A DNA stretch of 64,000 nt from Paragordius varius. Its lineage: Eukaryota; Animalia; Nematomorpha. Of the stretch, positions 24,770 through 37,840 are shown piece after piece. The stretch spans positions 2,728,001-2,792,000 of the forward strand of contig OZ176052.1 in the NCBI GenBank assembly GCA_964247055.1. Reading direction: 5' to 3'. Each line of letters starts with the position of its first letter. Positions within the stretch are counted from its first letter, which is position 1. A program made the translations under genes and the position numbers. The notes under the pieces are model-generated. The model was not told the origin of the DNA, did not search any database, and saw only the letters and a list, made by a program, of their open reading frames with translations.

Positions 24770-27700
24770 CTATTTTCAAAGTTTCCTCCTTATCCGTATC
24801 CTCCGTTTCTAAATTTCCACATTTGCTTATCATGTTCATCCGTTTCTGTTCCACCATTCTTCATATCTTACGTTTGTAAAGTTTGACTCTTTTTTATACC
24901 ATCCGTTTATATAGATCCAACCTTCTTTGGACAGTCTTCACATCCAATTTATCGGTTTCTATTTATATTATACCAATCTTCCTAACTAATTCATCCGTTT
25001 CTATTAAAAAGTTCCATCCTTCTTCATTTGCCTGTCGTCCGCTATAAAGGTTTTATTGTTCTTCATTTCCCCTTCATCCGTTTCTATTAAAGTTCCAGCC
25101 TTCTTCATTTCCCATTCATCCGTTTCTTTCGTGGTCCAGCCTTCCTTATTTCCCCTTCATCCGTTTCTATTAAAGTTTCACCCTCCTTTATTGCTAATTC
25201 ATCCGTTTCTATAAAAATTTGACCCTTCTTCTATGCCGTTCATCCGTTTTGATTAAAGTTGCACCTTTCTTGTAACTGATTCATCCGTTTCTATTGAAAA
25301 GCTCCACCCTGCTTCATCCGTTTCTCCTGAACTTTCACCCTTCTTCATATCCACTTCATCCGTTTCTTCTAATGTTTCACCCTTCTTCATATCCACTTCA
25401 TCCATTTCTTCTAAAGTTTCACCCTTATTCATATCCCCTTCATCCGTTTCTTCTAAACTTTCACCCTTCTTCATATCCACTTCATCCGTGTCTTTTAATG
25501 TTTCACCCTTCTTCATATCCCCTTCATCCGTTTCTTCCATAGTTTCACCCTTATTCATATCCACTTCATCCGTTTCTATTAAAAAGTTCCATCCTTCTTC
25601 ATTTGCCTGTCGTCCGTTTCTTTCAAGGTCCAGCCTTCCTTATTTTCCCTTCATCCGTTTCTATTAAAGTTTCACTCTCCTTTATTGCTAATTCATCCGT
25701 TTCTATAAAAATTTGACCCTTCTTCTATGCCGTTCATCCGTTTCTTCCAAAGTTTCACCCTTCTTCATATCCATTTCCTCCGTTTCTTATAAAGTTTAAC
25801 CCCTCTTCATATCCACTTCATCCGTTTCTCCTAAAGTTTCACCCTCATCAACACATCATCCGTTTCTTCTAAAGTTTCACCCTTCTTCATATCCACTTCA
25901 TCCGTTTCTTCTAAAGTTTAACCCTTCTTCATATCCACTTCATCCGTTTCTTCCAAAGTTTCACCCTTCTTCATATCCCCTTTATCCGTTTCTTCCAAAG
26001 TTTCACCCTTATTCATATCCTCTTCATCCGTTTCTTCCATAGTTTCACCCTTACTCATATCCCCTTCATCCGTTTCTTCCATAGTTTCACCCTTATTCAT
26101 ATCCCCTTCATCCGTTTCTTCCAAAGTTTCACCCTTCTTCATATCCCCTTCAACCGTTTCTTCCATAGTTTAACCCTCTTCATATCCCCTTCATCCGTTT
26201 CTTCCAAAGTTTCACCCTTATTCATATCCACTTCATCCGTGTCTTCTAATGTTTCACCCTTCTTCATATCCCCTTCATCCGTTTCTTCCATAGTACCCTT
26301 ATTCATATCCCCTTCATCCGTTTCTTCCATAGTTTAACCCTTCTTCATATCCCCTTTCGTTCCTTCCATAGTTTAACCCTTCTTCATATCCCCTTCATCC
26401 GTTTCTTCCAAAGTTTCACCCTTATTCATATCCACTTCATCCGTGTCTTCTAATGTTTCACCCTTCTTCATATCCCCTTCATCCGTTTCTTCCATAGTTT
26501 CACCCTTATTCATATCCCCTTCATCCGTTTCTTCCATAGTTTAACCCTTTTTCATATCCCCTTCATCCGTTCCTTCCATAGTTTAACCCTTCTTCATATC
26601 CCCTTCATCCGTTTCTTTCATAGTTTCACCCTTATTCATATCCCCTTCATCCGTTTCTTCTAAACTTTCACCCTTATTCATATCCACTTCATCCGTGTCT
26701 TCCAAAGTTTCACCCTTCTTCATGTCCTCTTCATCCGTTTCTTCCATAGTTTCACCCTTATTCATATCCACTTCATCCGTTTCTTCTAAACTTTCACCCT
26801 TCTTCATATCCACTTCATCCGTGTCTTCCAATGTTTCACCCTTCTTCATATCCCCTTCATCCGTTTCTTCCATAGTTTCACCCTTATTCATATCCCCTTC
26901 ATCCGTTTCTTCTAAACTTTCACCCTTCTTCATATCCACTTCATCCGTGTCTTCTAATGTTTCACCCTTCTTCATATCCCCTTCATCCGTTTCTTCCATA
27001 GTTTCACCCTTATTCATATCCCCTTCATCCGTTTCTTCTAAACTTTCACCCTTCTTCATATCCACTTCATCCGTGTCTTCTAATGTTTCACCCTTCTTCA
27101 TATCCACTTCATCCATTTCTTCTAAAGTTTCACCCTTATTCATATCCCCTTCATCCGTTTCTTCTAAACTTTCACCCTTCTTCATATCCACTTCATCCGT
27201 GTCTTTTAATGTTTCACCCTTCTTCATATCCCCTTCATCCGTTTCTTCCATAGTTTCACCCTTATTCATATCCACTTCATCCGTTTCTATTAAAAAGTTC
27301 CATCCTTCTTCATTTGCCTGTCGTCCGTTTCTTTCAAGGTCCAGCCTTCCTTATTTTCCCTTCATCCGTTTCTATTAAAGTTTCACTCTCCTTTATTGCT
27401 AATTCATCCGTTTCTATAAAAATTTGACCCTTCTTCTATGCCGTTCATCCGTTTCTTCCAAAGTTTCACCCTTCTTCATATCCATTTCCTCCGTTTCTTA
27501 TAAAGTTTAACCCCTCTTCATATCCACTTCATCCGTTTCTCCTAAAGTTTCACCCTCATCAACACATCATCCGTTTCTTCTAAAGTTTCACCCTTCTTCA
27601 TATCCACTTCATCCGTTTCTTCTAAAGTTTAACCCTTCTTCATATCCACTTCATCCGTTTCTTCCAAAGTTTCACCCTTCTTCATATCCCCTTTATCCGT

Positions 27701-30440
27701 TTCTTCCAAAGTTTCACCCTTATTCATATCCTCTTCATCCGTTTCTTCCATAGTTTCACCCTTACTCATATCCCCTTCATCCGTTTCTTCCATAGTTTCA
27801 CCCTTATTCATATCCCCTTCATCCGTTTCTTCCAAAGTTTCACCCTTCTTCATATCCCCTTCAACCGTTTCTTCCATAGTTTAACCCTCTTCATATCCCC
27901 TTCATCCGTTTCTTCCAAAGTTTCACCCTTATTCATATCCACTTCATCCGTGTCTTCTAATGTTTCACCCTTCTTCATATCCCCTTCATCCGTTTCTTCC
28001 ATAGTACCCTTATTCATATCCCCTTCATCCGTTTCTTCCATAGTTTAACCCTTCTTCATATCCCCTTTCGTTCCTTCCATAGTTTAACCCTTCTTCATAT
28101 CCCCTTCATCCGTTTCTTCCAAAGTTTCACCCTTATTCATATCCACTTCATCCGTGTCTTCTAATGTTTCACCCTTCTTCATATCCCCTTCATCCGTTTC
28201 TTCCATAGTTTCACCCTTATTCATATCCCCTTCATCCGTTTCTTCCATAGTTTAACCCTTTTTCATATCCCCTTCATCCGTTCCTTCCATAGTTTAACCC
28301 TTCTTCATATCCCCTTCATCCGTTTCTTTCATAGTTTCACCCTTATTCATATCCCCTTCATCCGTTTCTTCTAAACTTTCACCCTTATTCATATCCACTT
28401 CATCCGTGTCTTCCAAAGTTTCACCCTTCTTCATGTCCTCTTCATCCGTTTCTTCCATAGTTTCACCCTTATTCATATCCACTTCATCCGTTTCTTCTAA
28501 ACTTTCACCCTTCTTCATATCCACTTCATCCGTGTCTTCCAATGTTTCACCCTTCTTCATATCCCCTTCATCCGTTTCTTCCATAGTTTCACCCTTATTC
28601 ATATCCCCTTCATCCGTTTCTTCTAAACTTTCACCCTTCTTCATATCCACTTCATCCGCGTCTTCTAATGTTTCACCCTTCTTCATATCCCCTTCATCCG
28701 TTTCTTCCATAGTTTCACCCTTATTCATATCGCCTTCATCCGTTTCTTCCAAAGTTTCACCCTTATTCATATCCACTTCATCCGTGTCTTCTAATGTTTC
28801 ACCCTTCTTCATCTCCCCTTCATCCGTTTCTTCCATAGTTTCACCCTTATTCATATCCCCTTCATCCGTTTCTTCTAAACTTTCACCCTTCTTCATATCC
28901 ACTTCATCCGTGTCTTCTAATGTTTCACCCTTCTTCATATCCCCTTCATCCGTTTCTTCCATAGTTTCACCCTTATTCATATCCCCTTCATCCGTTTCTT
29001 CCATAGTTTAACCCTTCTTCATATCCCCTTCATCCGTTTCTTCCAAAGTTTCACCCTTCTTCATATCCCCTTCATCCGTTTCTTCCATAGTTTAACCCTT
29101 CTTCATATCCCCTTCATCCGTTTCTTCCAAAGTTTCACCCTTCTTCATATCCCCTTCATCCGTTTCTTCCAAAGTTTCACCCTTCTTCATATCCCCTTCA
29201 TCCGTTTCTTCCAAAGTTTCACCCTTATTCATATCCCCTTCATCCGTTTCTTCCAAAGTTTCACCCTTATTCATATCACCTTCATCCGTTTCTTCCAAAG
29301 TTTCACCCTTCTTCATATCCCCTTCATCCGTTTCTTCCAAAGTTTCACCCTTATTCATATCCCCTTCATCCGTTTCTTCCATAGTTTAACCCTTCTTCAT
29401 ATCCCCTTCATCCGTTTCTTCCAAAGTTTCACCCTTCTTCATATCCCCTTCATCCGTTTCTTCCATAGTTTCACCCTTCTTCATATCCCCTTCATCCGTT
29501 TCTTCCAAAGTTTCACCCTTATTCATATCCCCTTCATCCGTTTCTTCCATAGTTTAACCCTTCTTCATATCCCCTTCATCCGTTTCTTCCAAAGTTTCAC
29601 CCTTCTTCATATCCCCTTCATCCGTTTCTTCCATAGTTTAACCCTTCTTCATATCCCCTTCATCCGTTTCTTCCATAGTTTAACCCTTCTTCATATCCCC
29701 TTCATCCGTTTCTTCCAAAGTTTCACCCTTCTTCATATCCCCTTCATCCGTTTCTTCCAAAGTTTCACCCTTATTCATATCCCCTTCATCCGTTTCTTCC
29801 ATAGTTTAACCCTTATTCATATCCACTTCATCCGTTTCTTCTCTAATTTCACCCATCTTACTTCATCGGTCTCTTTTAAAGTTTCAACCTTTTCATAATT
29901 ATTTGGTCCGTTTCTTCTAAGGTGTCACCCTTTTTCTATCCACTTCTTCCGTTTCATCTAAAGTTTCCTTCTTCGTATCCACTTCATCTGTTTCTATTAA
30001 ACTCGTCCTTCCTTTTTCCGTTCTTTTAAAGTTTCATCCTTTCTCATAACTACTTCCGCCGTTTCTTCTAAAGTATTAACCTCCTTCATATCCAGTTCTC
30101 CGTTTCTATATTCACTCCTATTCATCCCTTCGTCCGTTTTATTAAAGATTCACTGTTCCATATCCAGTTAAACCCCTTCTATTAAAAATAAACCCTTCTT
30201 CAAAATACTCTGCATTCGTGTCAATTAAGACCCCACCCTTCTTCATATCCCCTTTATCCGTTTCAATTGGAGTTCAACCCTCATCGTTTTCTAAAGTATC
30301 ACCCATATTTGTGTCCACTTTAACCTTTGTTAAAATTTCTTCATTCCTTCAACCCTATCTAATAATTCCCTCTCCTTCCTATTCACCCGTTTTAAGGGTT
30401 TCTTTCATATTTTTTATTCATCCGTTGGTTAAATTCTACT
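24770..30440 (-). repeat. 42-bp satellite array, ~5.7 kb, homogeneous core with degenerate edges and an internal 1711-bp tandem duplication
   Basis: Unit on + strand ttcatccgtttcttccaaagtttcacccttcttcatatcccc; ORF pairs 25918/27629, 26139/27850 and 26583/28294 are all offset by 1711 bp. Confidence 0.96.
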
Positions 30441-31842
30441 CTTAAAATAACATGTTTCATTCAACAAATAACATTTTACATACAAATTTTAGGCCTACAT
30501 ACATTACAAAAATAATAGAAAAATAAATTTAGGTGTTACAAGTTTTATAGATTCAACCTAGTATATTTAAAAATTATTTACATTTATTTTGACAAACAAT
30601 ATTGTTTTTAGAAATTTCTTTCCAATTTTGTTATATTATTTATAAAGATTAATTTCTGTTTGGGCTATCCCATTTCATTAAATCCATTTATAATATCTTA
30701 AATATTCGGTATCGCGAAATTTATACAATATTTGATTAAAATCATGTTACAAATTTTAAACTAAAAATTAAAAAAAAATTCAATCATTTTTGGTCATGAT
30801 AATATAAGCAATGAAAATTAATCAAAAACTGCATGATTTTATTAAATAGAGTTCTATTATTATTGTAAACCATTAACATATTTTGCAACAGGTATTATAT
30901 AAATAAATATAACAGATCCATTTAAAAATATGATATATCGATTGGCAATTATAGAAAACACAATTATTTTAAAATCAATTTAGAATATATTTTAGTGAGT
31001 ATGAGAAAAAAATGAGCCCATATTAAGGCATATTATTTTAGCGGATATGAAACTTGACTATAGAAACTCTCTTATATAAACTAGATATAATTACCTTGTA
31101 TTAGTTATTTGCATTGTCCTATACATCATCTGAATATAACCATAACCGCTAATAGACGGGTTTTCCATTACAATCTTTTGTTGATTTACATTTAGAATTT
31201 GATAAATGAGTACACTAAAAACAGTTTTTAAAATAACGATGATTAGAACATTGTAAAAAATGATTGTTGATTAACCAATATAATATGTTAGGTTTTAATG
31301 AAAAGTAGTGTCAAAGTTATTTTGCGCTCCTATCATTTGTTGAATAAAATTTGTATTTTAATTAAATTATTTGTGCTAAACAAAAGATGAATATAAAAAA
31401 CGTTATTACATCGTTAAAGCCCAAAATAATGTTAAAGGATGATTAAATTTGACATTATTTATGCGAATCGGTTAAAAAACAGGCTAAAGCAAAATTAAAA
31501 AGCAATGTATCCCGCAATGCGTACCCGTTTATTTTTCATTTTTATATATATCTTCTTGATGTGTAACTTTGAACCATTTCTAAAACAACTATTCTAGTTT
31601 TAATTGATAGATACAATAGATATAATTATTAATTAAAGTACCATAAGACAATATCACATTATTTAACAACTATTTTTTATTAAATTATTATTTAAAGAGC
31701 TATTTTTATTTTTCAAATAATTTTAAATGCACTTCTCTGTACTTATCATTAACATCTAATAGGCTAAACATACGTATTTCAGCTGTATCGGCGTTTATTA
31801 AATATTTATTAAATAATTTTTCACAAAATTTTTAATTTAATT

Positions 31843-31945
31843 CAGGGCTTCGAACCGGGTCGAAAAAGTGGTACCGAAACCGGCCTGGTTTCTAAAATCA
31901 AAGGAAACCGGGGCGGTTTCTACCGGTTTCATTTTGGTTCCTAAT
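31843..31945 (+). mobile_element. Isolated hAT-like end with subterminal AACCG/CGGTT repeats
   Basis: cagggcttcgaaccgggtcg...gaaaccggcc...gaaaccgggcggtttctaccggttt; partner TIR not found in window. Confidence 0.4.
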
Positions 31946-32644
31946 TTTTAATCAATTGACTTTCATGCAACATTTTTATTACAATAATAAAACAAAATAT
32001 CATCAATATGTTTAAATAAGTGCACATTATAACAAATAGCAAGTTTTTTTATCTAATTAGCATTGAATTTATACATAAATTATCTTAACCGCAGTATTTA
32101 TCGCTAATGTAACCTTACATCATAAAATTTCAATATATTTGCTAAATTGTGGCCAGAAAAAGTTAGTTTGAGAGCTTCATGCTAAAGTGAAACGCTTTTT
32201 TCCACTGATATATACTGTAACTCATTTTTTCCGTTATGGGTGATTGATTATGGACGCTATATTTATGGTTTTGTTTATGCAAAATTCAAAGAGATACTTG
32301 ATTTTTAGAAGTAATTATAAGAAATTATAACCTGGATTATCGTCATTTCTTTTTCCCAAAGATATGCCAGAAATTTATTTTACTAATTATTGAGGTAAAT
32401 GTTTCTAATTTATAGATAAAGGATATCTCTATATATAATTATATATGTGCCAAGATTTAAAGTATAGGTTTTCAATAAATTTTCAACATGGTAATTCCAT
32501 TTCAATCGGATAAGTTTAAAGGACGTCAACATATTAATTTTTTTTGAAATAATAAATTATAAAATTATGTTATCATAAAATATGCTTCACTTTAAAAACA
32601 ACTCAAAAATTTGATGAGCGATAAAATTTATTATTATATGTAGT

Positions 32645-32939
32645 CAGGGGTGTCCACCATAAATGGCTTCACACGGCATTTTCCCAAAAAACGGCTGACG
32701 GCATTAGAAATAAATATATGGTAATTCATATATAATTTATTAGATTTTAAACATAAGATTGTAAAATGTGAGCAAATATAACAATTTTTCTAGTTCTTGT
32801 CAATTGAATAGAAAATTAGAAAATAGTTTAAAAAAGTGTTAATTTTACTAAGATCTTATAAGTATATTTTTACAAATTATATATCCAGATTTTTCGCTGG
32901 CGGCAAATATCTCGGGGGGCCGTGTGTGGGCCACCCCTG
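32645..32939. mobile_element. hAT MITE family B copy
   Basis: caggggtgtccac ... gggccacccctg; interior similar to 13006-13295 (aaatggcttc/aaatagcttc, aatactgtaaaatgcaaata-like block); no TSD visible. Confidence 0.75.
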
Positions 32940-33349
32940 AGGAAGATATTAAAATATATTTTATTTTGTTTAAAATATAATTTTTAACAAAATTTTTTTG
33001 AAGCTTTTACTTCGTGATCTTTTGAAGCATGACAGAAACAGTATAATTCATAAAATATCATACTTTTTATATATTTGATAATCCTAAAATTTCTTTTATT
33101 TCATTATATAGATTTTAATATTAATTTGTTTGAAATATAAATTGTTTTGTCTTACAAAAATTAACCCAAATTTAAAAGCAAACACATTTAAATTAAATTG
33201 TGAGATAATAGAAGTGTTCAGCATCATAAAATTATATAAAAAAGTTTATAATATCCAAAACATTTTATACCGTTTACCATTATATTTCGGAATACCATCA
33301 AATTACCTTCGCCAAAATTTTGCTATAAATTAAATTTTTGAGCAAAATA

Positions 33350-34135
33350 TGCAATTTTCTGGAAAAATTATTTTGATATAATTTAGCATATGGTATTTAA
33401 GTACAAACTCGGCATTTTTGCCTTTTTAAAAAACAGTATTACATAATGTGGGCTTACTCACATTAAAAGATTAAAAATCTCAGTTATTTTATTGGAATAT
33501 TTAGCTTCCAAAAAATTTCAAAATGTGCGCAAATTTTGCCATATAATATGCATCAGTTAATAGAAAAGTGTAAAGCCCATATCTGAAAAATCAAAAATTT
33601 ATAAAATAATGTTTTCCCTTTTGTAATGTTAGCATGATGTGCGAAAATCTTAAGATTTTTTGCTATGGAGCAAATATCAAATCGATAACTATCTAACATT
33701 TGGATAGTTTTATATATCAAAGTGATGTGAAATTCAAATATCTTAAAAAGTAAAAAAGGTATCAGGCCAAATTTAAAAATATGCTTTCTTTAGCCTTTCA
33801 GCCGCATAAATACAATAAAAACTTAAATATGTAAAAAATCCTCATCTTAGACTTTCTCTATTTTTTCTTTAAAACGTTTTAAATTGCTAATACAGTAGGC
33901 AAAAATGCATATTATGGTTAGATGTAAATAATTAGCGTAATAAACTTTGAGGTTGCATTATACCAGCAATAACTAGATATTTATATGTTTTGGAATTGTT
34001 CCAATTTTAGACTCTAGCTGGAAGTTACAAAACTGTAACAATTCTAAGTAGAGTAGATAATTAAATTTTAAACAAAATAATTTTCAAACAGTAGTTTATT
34101 TACAAGATTGAGGTCTGCAATATAAAACTACCCCC
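33350..34135 (+). repeat. Dispersed non-coding repeat family E
   Basis: Shared blocks with 62700-63500 (aatatcttaaaaag, aaaatcctcatctta, tatggttaga, taccagcaa, ccaattttagactctag, tagtttatttacaa, aaactacccc). Confidence 0.65.
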
Positions 34136-34231
34136 AATACGTATTCGCCGACATAGTGAAGTGGTCATAAAGTGTTAAACTATACTTTAAGCTTAAACAA
34201 AAGGCACCATAAAAATTATGCATTTTTAATC

Positions 34232-35469
34232 TATATATTTATAAAAATGGAAAATGCTGGCTTTGTGATCTGTTTCCGGAAAACCGGTAAACCCATTCAA
34301 ATCCAAATATCAAAAAAATATAATCATTATATATATTTATATATATATATATATTAAGTCTTGTGGGTATCGGGTGCCATATATTTATTGCCGACTTTAC
34401 AAATTCTATTAGATATTATTATATAAATAAAAAAGTAGACATGCAGAAAAAGTTTATAAGGAATATATAAAATTCAGGAATCAATATAAATATACGTTTC
34501 ATAGATTATTCGAATACCTCGACACTAAATAATCGTTAAATGATGGCGTATTTTTAGGGCCCCAAAATTAACGGCAGTAAAAAAACGCCTAACCTTAATT
34601 TTTACCGAGTTACAGGTAATATTTCAAGTTTTTAATGAGCTCATATGGCCTGATAAGTTTTTTATTTGCCTCCAAAGTCACGCTATATTGATATAGTGGC
34701 GCAGTTGTAGGCGGGTGGCGCCCTACCCAGAGGCTGATACAAAAAAAGCGCTTGATTAAAATTTTTGCCTTTTTACGGAAAATACCTGGAATGATTGATT
34801 CCATATGCTTTCATGAAAAATCATTCTATGAAGGCGCATTTTTCAGAGCTAAATTTTCTGCCTTGTTACGGCTAATATTTTAAGCACCTATTCAACTCAT
34901 ATAGACTGATAGGCTTTCTGGAATTTAGTCCCAAAGGCACGCTATTTCGGTATAACCAGGCAGTTTTTAGCGGGTGGGTATCTCCTTACCCAAGCCAATA
35001 TAAAAATGCGCACGACTAAAATTTTTGCCTTTTAACAAGGAATACCTGGAATTTCATTGAATTTCCACGATCTCATACCTTGGGCGAAAAATAATCCAAA
35101 AAATTGTTTTTTTTTTGAAAAAAGGCATTTTACGGGGAGAGCGGGTAAAAAGAGGGCCTAAATTAAAAAAGCGAGGCAACTATGTTCGGCGCAATCGAAG
35201 ATATGTAAACAAAAATCTTTTTTGAAATTGAATGGTCCAACACGTTTTCAGAAAAACTGCCTCAAAGACACGATTTTTGTAGACTTGTGTTTTCAAAAAA
35301 AATCGTTTTTTACACGGGGTGGGTCCCAGGGGACCTAATTCTAAAAAGTGCCAAGCTATTGTCGTGGCATTCATATTATATTTTTTTCATACATTTGGAT
35401 TTGAATCGGTCTACCGGTTTTCCGGAAACAGATCACAAAACCAGCATTTTCCATTTTTATAAATATATA
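34232..35469. mobile_element. ~1.24 kb non-autonomous TIR element with ~100 bp TIRs
   Basis: ataaaaatggaaaatgctggctttgtgatctgtttccggaaaaccggta vs taccggttttccggaaacagatcacaaaaccagcattttccatttttat; no coding remnant recognised inside. Confidence 0.82.
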
Positions 35470-37670
35470 CATAATAAGGTTTAAAATTACAAGCCTAGAA
35501 TTATTCTATCAGGTAGTGAAACCAAGAAGAAATAAATTAGCCCCTATAAATAGCATAGCCTCAGTAATGAATTTGGCTGCACAAATTTCTAGATAACGGT
35601 GGTCTGAAAATATTGGTAAATTTTTGATATTCAACGGGTATTTTGAATAGTTTTTATATATTTTTTTGTATAACAAGCCTGTTCATATTAAATATAGGCC
35701 ATTTGAAGTTTATATATTTTTGCGCAAAGTGTGTATCACTTTAAAACTTCGAGTACTACACCCGTTAAGTGTAGAATGGACAAAAAATTATTTGCTTAGA
35801 AAATATTTTTTCCCAAACTGATAGTTAATTAAAATATCAGAAATATCCATTGAAAAGACACATAAAACAACGTTATATTACTAACTCTAACTAAATTAAT
35901 ACGATTTTACCATTTTATAAAAGACTTTTAGTTTTCTCATTGAAACAATAATTAAAAATATTTTTTATTCATTCAACTACGCAGCGACGCCCACGCCACA
36001 GTTCTATCAATTTATTAACGATAAATGACTTCTAAAAAAAGCGGGCATAACTAAAATTGAATCATTTTTATGCTACCTTTGATTTACACAAGAATGACAC
36101 CAACTATCCCTTTTACCTAAACATCTTATAAACAATCGAAATATATTAAATAGCTATTAATTTATTTGTAATTTATTCCTTTTCACATCTAGCTAATAAT
36201 CAGATTCTAATGGTATTTTTGGTTTTGGGGCAAATACGATAGATATACATCCTGTAAAAATGAGACAAAAAGGTTGTGGAACATTTTTTTCAAAAGCAGA
36301 TACAAACATATCTTAGGTTTAAACCGATTGTCAAATTCTTATTGGAATTTGACAATAAAATCGTATATTTCAAGTCAAATGATACTCTAACGGCGATCCA
36401 CGGGCCGCATGAGGCCCTAAAAGAGCTTTTTTATGGCACTATTTATTAATTTTTTTATGTATCTATATTGAATATAAATATCTAAAAATGCGTCAAATAG
36501 CTATGTTTTTATCATCTTTATATCGTACACGACCATTGAGACAAGATAAATATTTTTTGCGGCCCTTTAAGATTTTTTGGTGCGTATCACTGATATATCG
36601 CCCGATCTTGGGAGTCTTACAAGCCCATTTTAGCCACACATTAGAGCTTTCGGAGCCTTAATCTAAAAATTTATTTGTTTTGCTTTTAAAATATAGTTTA
36701 TGATATATTTTAATTATTTTTGGAATCAAGGATTTAACTTTTGGCCAAAAATTTTTAATTTGCAATTTGCGATTTTTCTATATCGGAGAATTACCACTAA
36801 ATAACTTTCTAATATCACTTGTAACAAAACTAAATGCACCATGATAATGCTGATAATTTAACTATCAGAATATAATTGGATCATGAGTTGTTTCTTACCC
36901 CCCGAGCACGCAGTGTATATATAAATGATATATTTGAAATGAAGCATTTAGTTTCCCAAAAAAAATTATTTATAATAATTTGCGCTAATTTAACGTAATC
37001 GATCAATTACCACAAAAGCTATCTTCTAATAATACCTGTAAGCAAAATCAAAAGCACTATCAAAACCTGATACATTTGTCTATCAAAATTTATATCACCG
37101 GTACTCACCAAAAAAATTTAATGGGCCGAATAAAATATTTTCTACTCAAGGGCCGTGAATTGTATAATACCGACAAATATGGCATAGCTGTTTGAGACAT
37201 GTAAATACTGTAGACTAGGTCATATTTGGGCATAAGACCGCATGCCTTCCTAAGAATAATTTTTTATGGCCCTGAAAATATATTAATCCGATTTTTTCAA
37301 ATCTACTGAGATTAAGGCATAAAAAATAATGAAATAAATTTAATTTTTAGCAAAAATTTGTCGAAGCTTTTAATAAATATTTAACATGACTTAAACAGTA
37401 AAAAATGCTTTAAGATAATATAAAAACATTTTTAGTATACATTACTTTGCTGCAAATTTCTAACCTCAGAATATTATTAAAATAATAGTTCGGCTAAATT
37501 AAATTTAAAGCAAACGAACTTTAATAAAATTCTGAAGCGATAGAATTGTTCAGCATCATGTGTGGAAAATGTGTTTTGATATTTTAAGTGTTTTTTTACC
37601 GTTGCCATAATGGCTAAAAATAGTGTGATTAAGCTCACCAATTTTTTTTATTAAATTTTAAACAAATTAT

Positions 37671-37840
37671 GCCTTGTGATGGTATTGTAGGTAGGGCCCC
37701 GGACTCTCACACTGCGTGCCCGAGTTCGAACCCCGAAACTACGCATTTTCGTCATCACTGTCAGCCCTGGGCAGGCGAGTGTTAAAGCCTTCACATGTCC
37801 GGATACAATTTAATCTTACCCAATAAAAAAGGAAAAAATA
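37671..37840 (+). mobile_element. tRNA-derived SINE-like sequence or tRNA pseudogene (Glu-CTC-like head)
   Basis: A-box-like tggtattgtagg (37680), ctctcac anticodon-loop-like, B box gagttcgaacc (37722-37732), unrelated GC-rich body, A-rich tail caataaaaaaggaaaaaa. Anticodon and acceptor stems do not pair well, so not a functional tRNA. Confidence 0.62.

Noticed and set aside
25253-29382. Acidic repeat protein (EETDEGDMKKGETL)n on the minus strand and Ser/Pro/Phe-rich ORFs on the plus strand
   Set aside because: A recurring GAA-to-TAA unit variant (gggttaaact) and short indels break the frame throughout; no splice context; the same repeat at 1-1600 has 40-bp units. Best explained as satellite DNA.
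24770-30440. CRISPR-like array
   Set aside because: No unique spacers, no cas genes, eukaryotic context.
32150-32260. Possible hAT transposase dimerisation-domain remnant (ASC*SETLFSTD) near the hAT-like end at 31843
   Set aside because: Similarity too short and interrupted to support.
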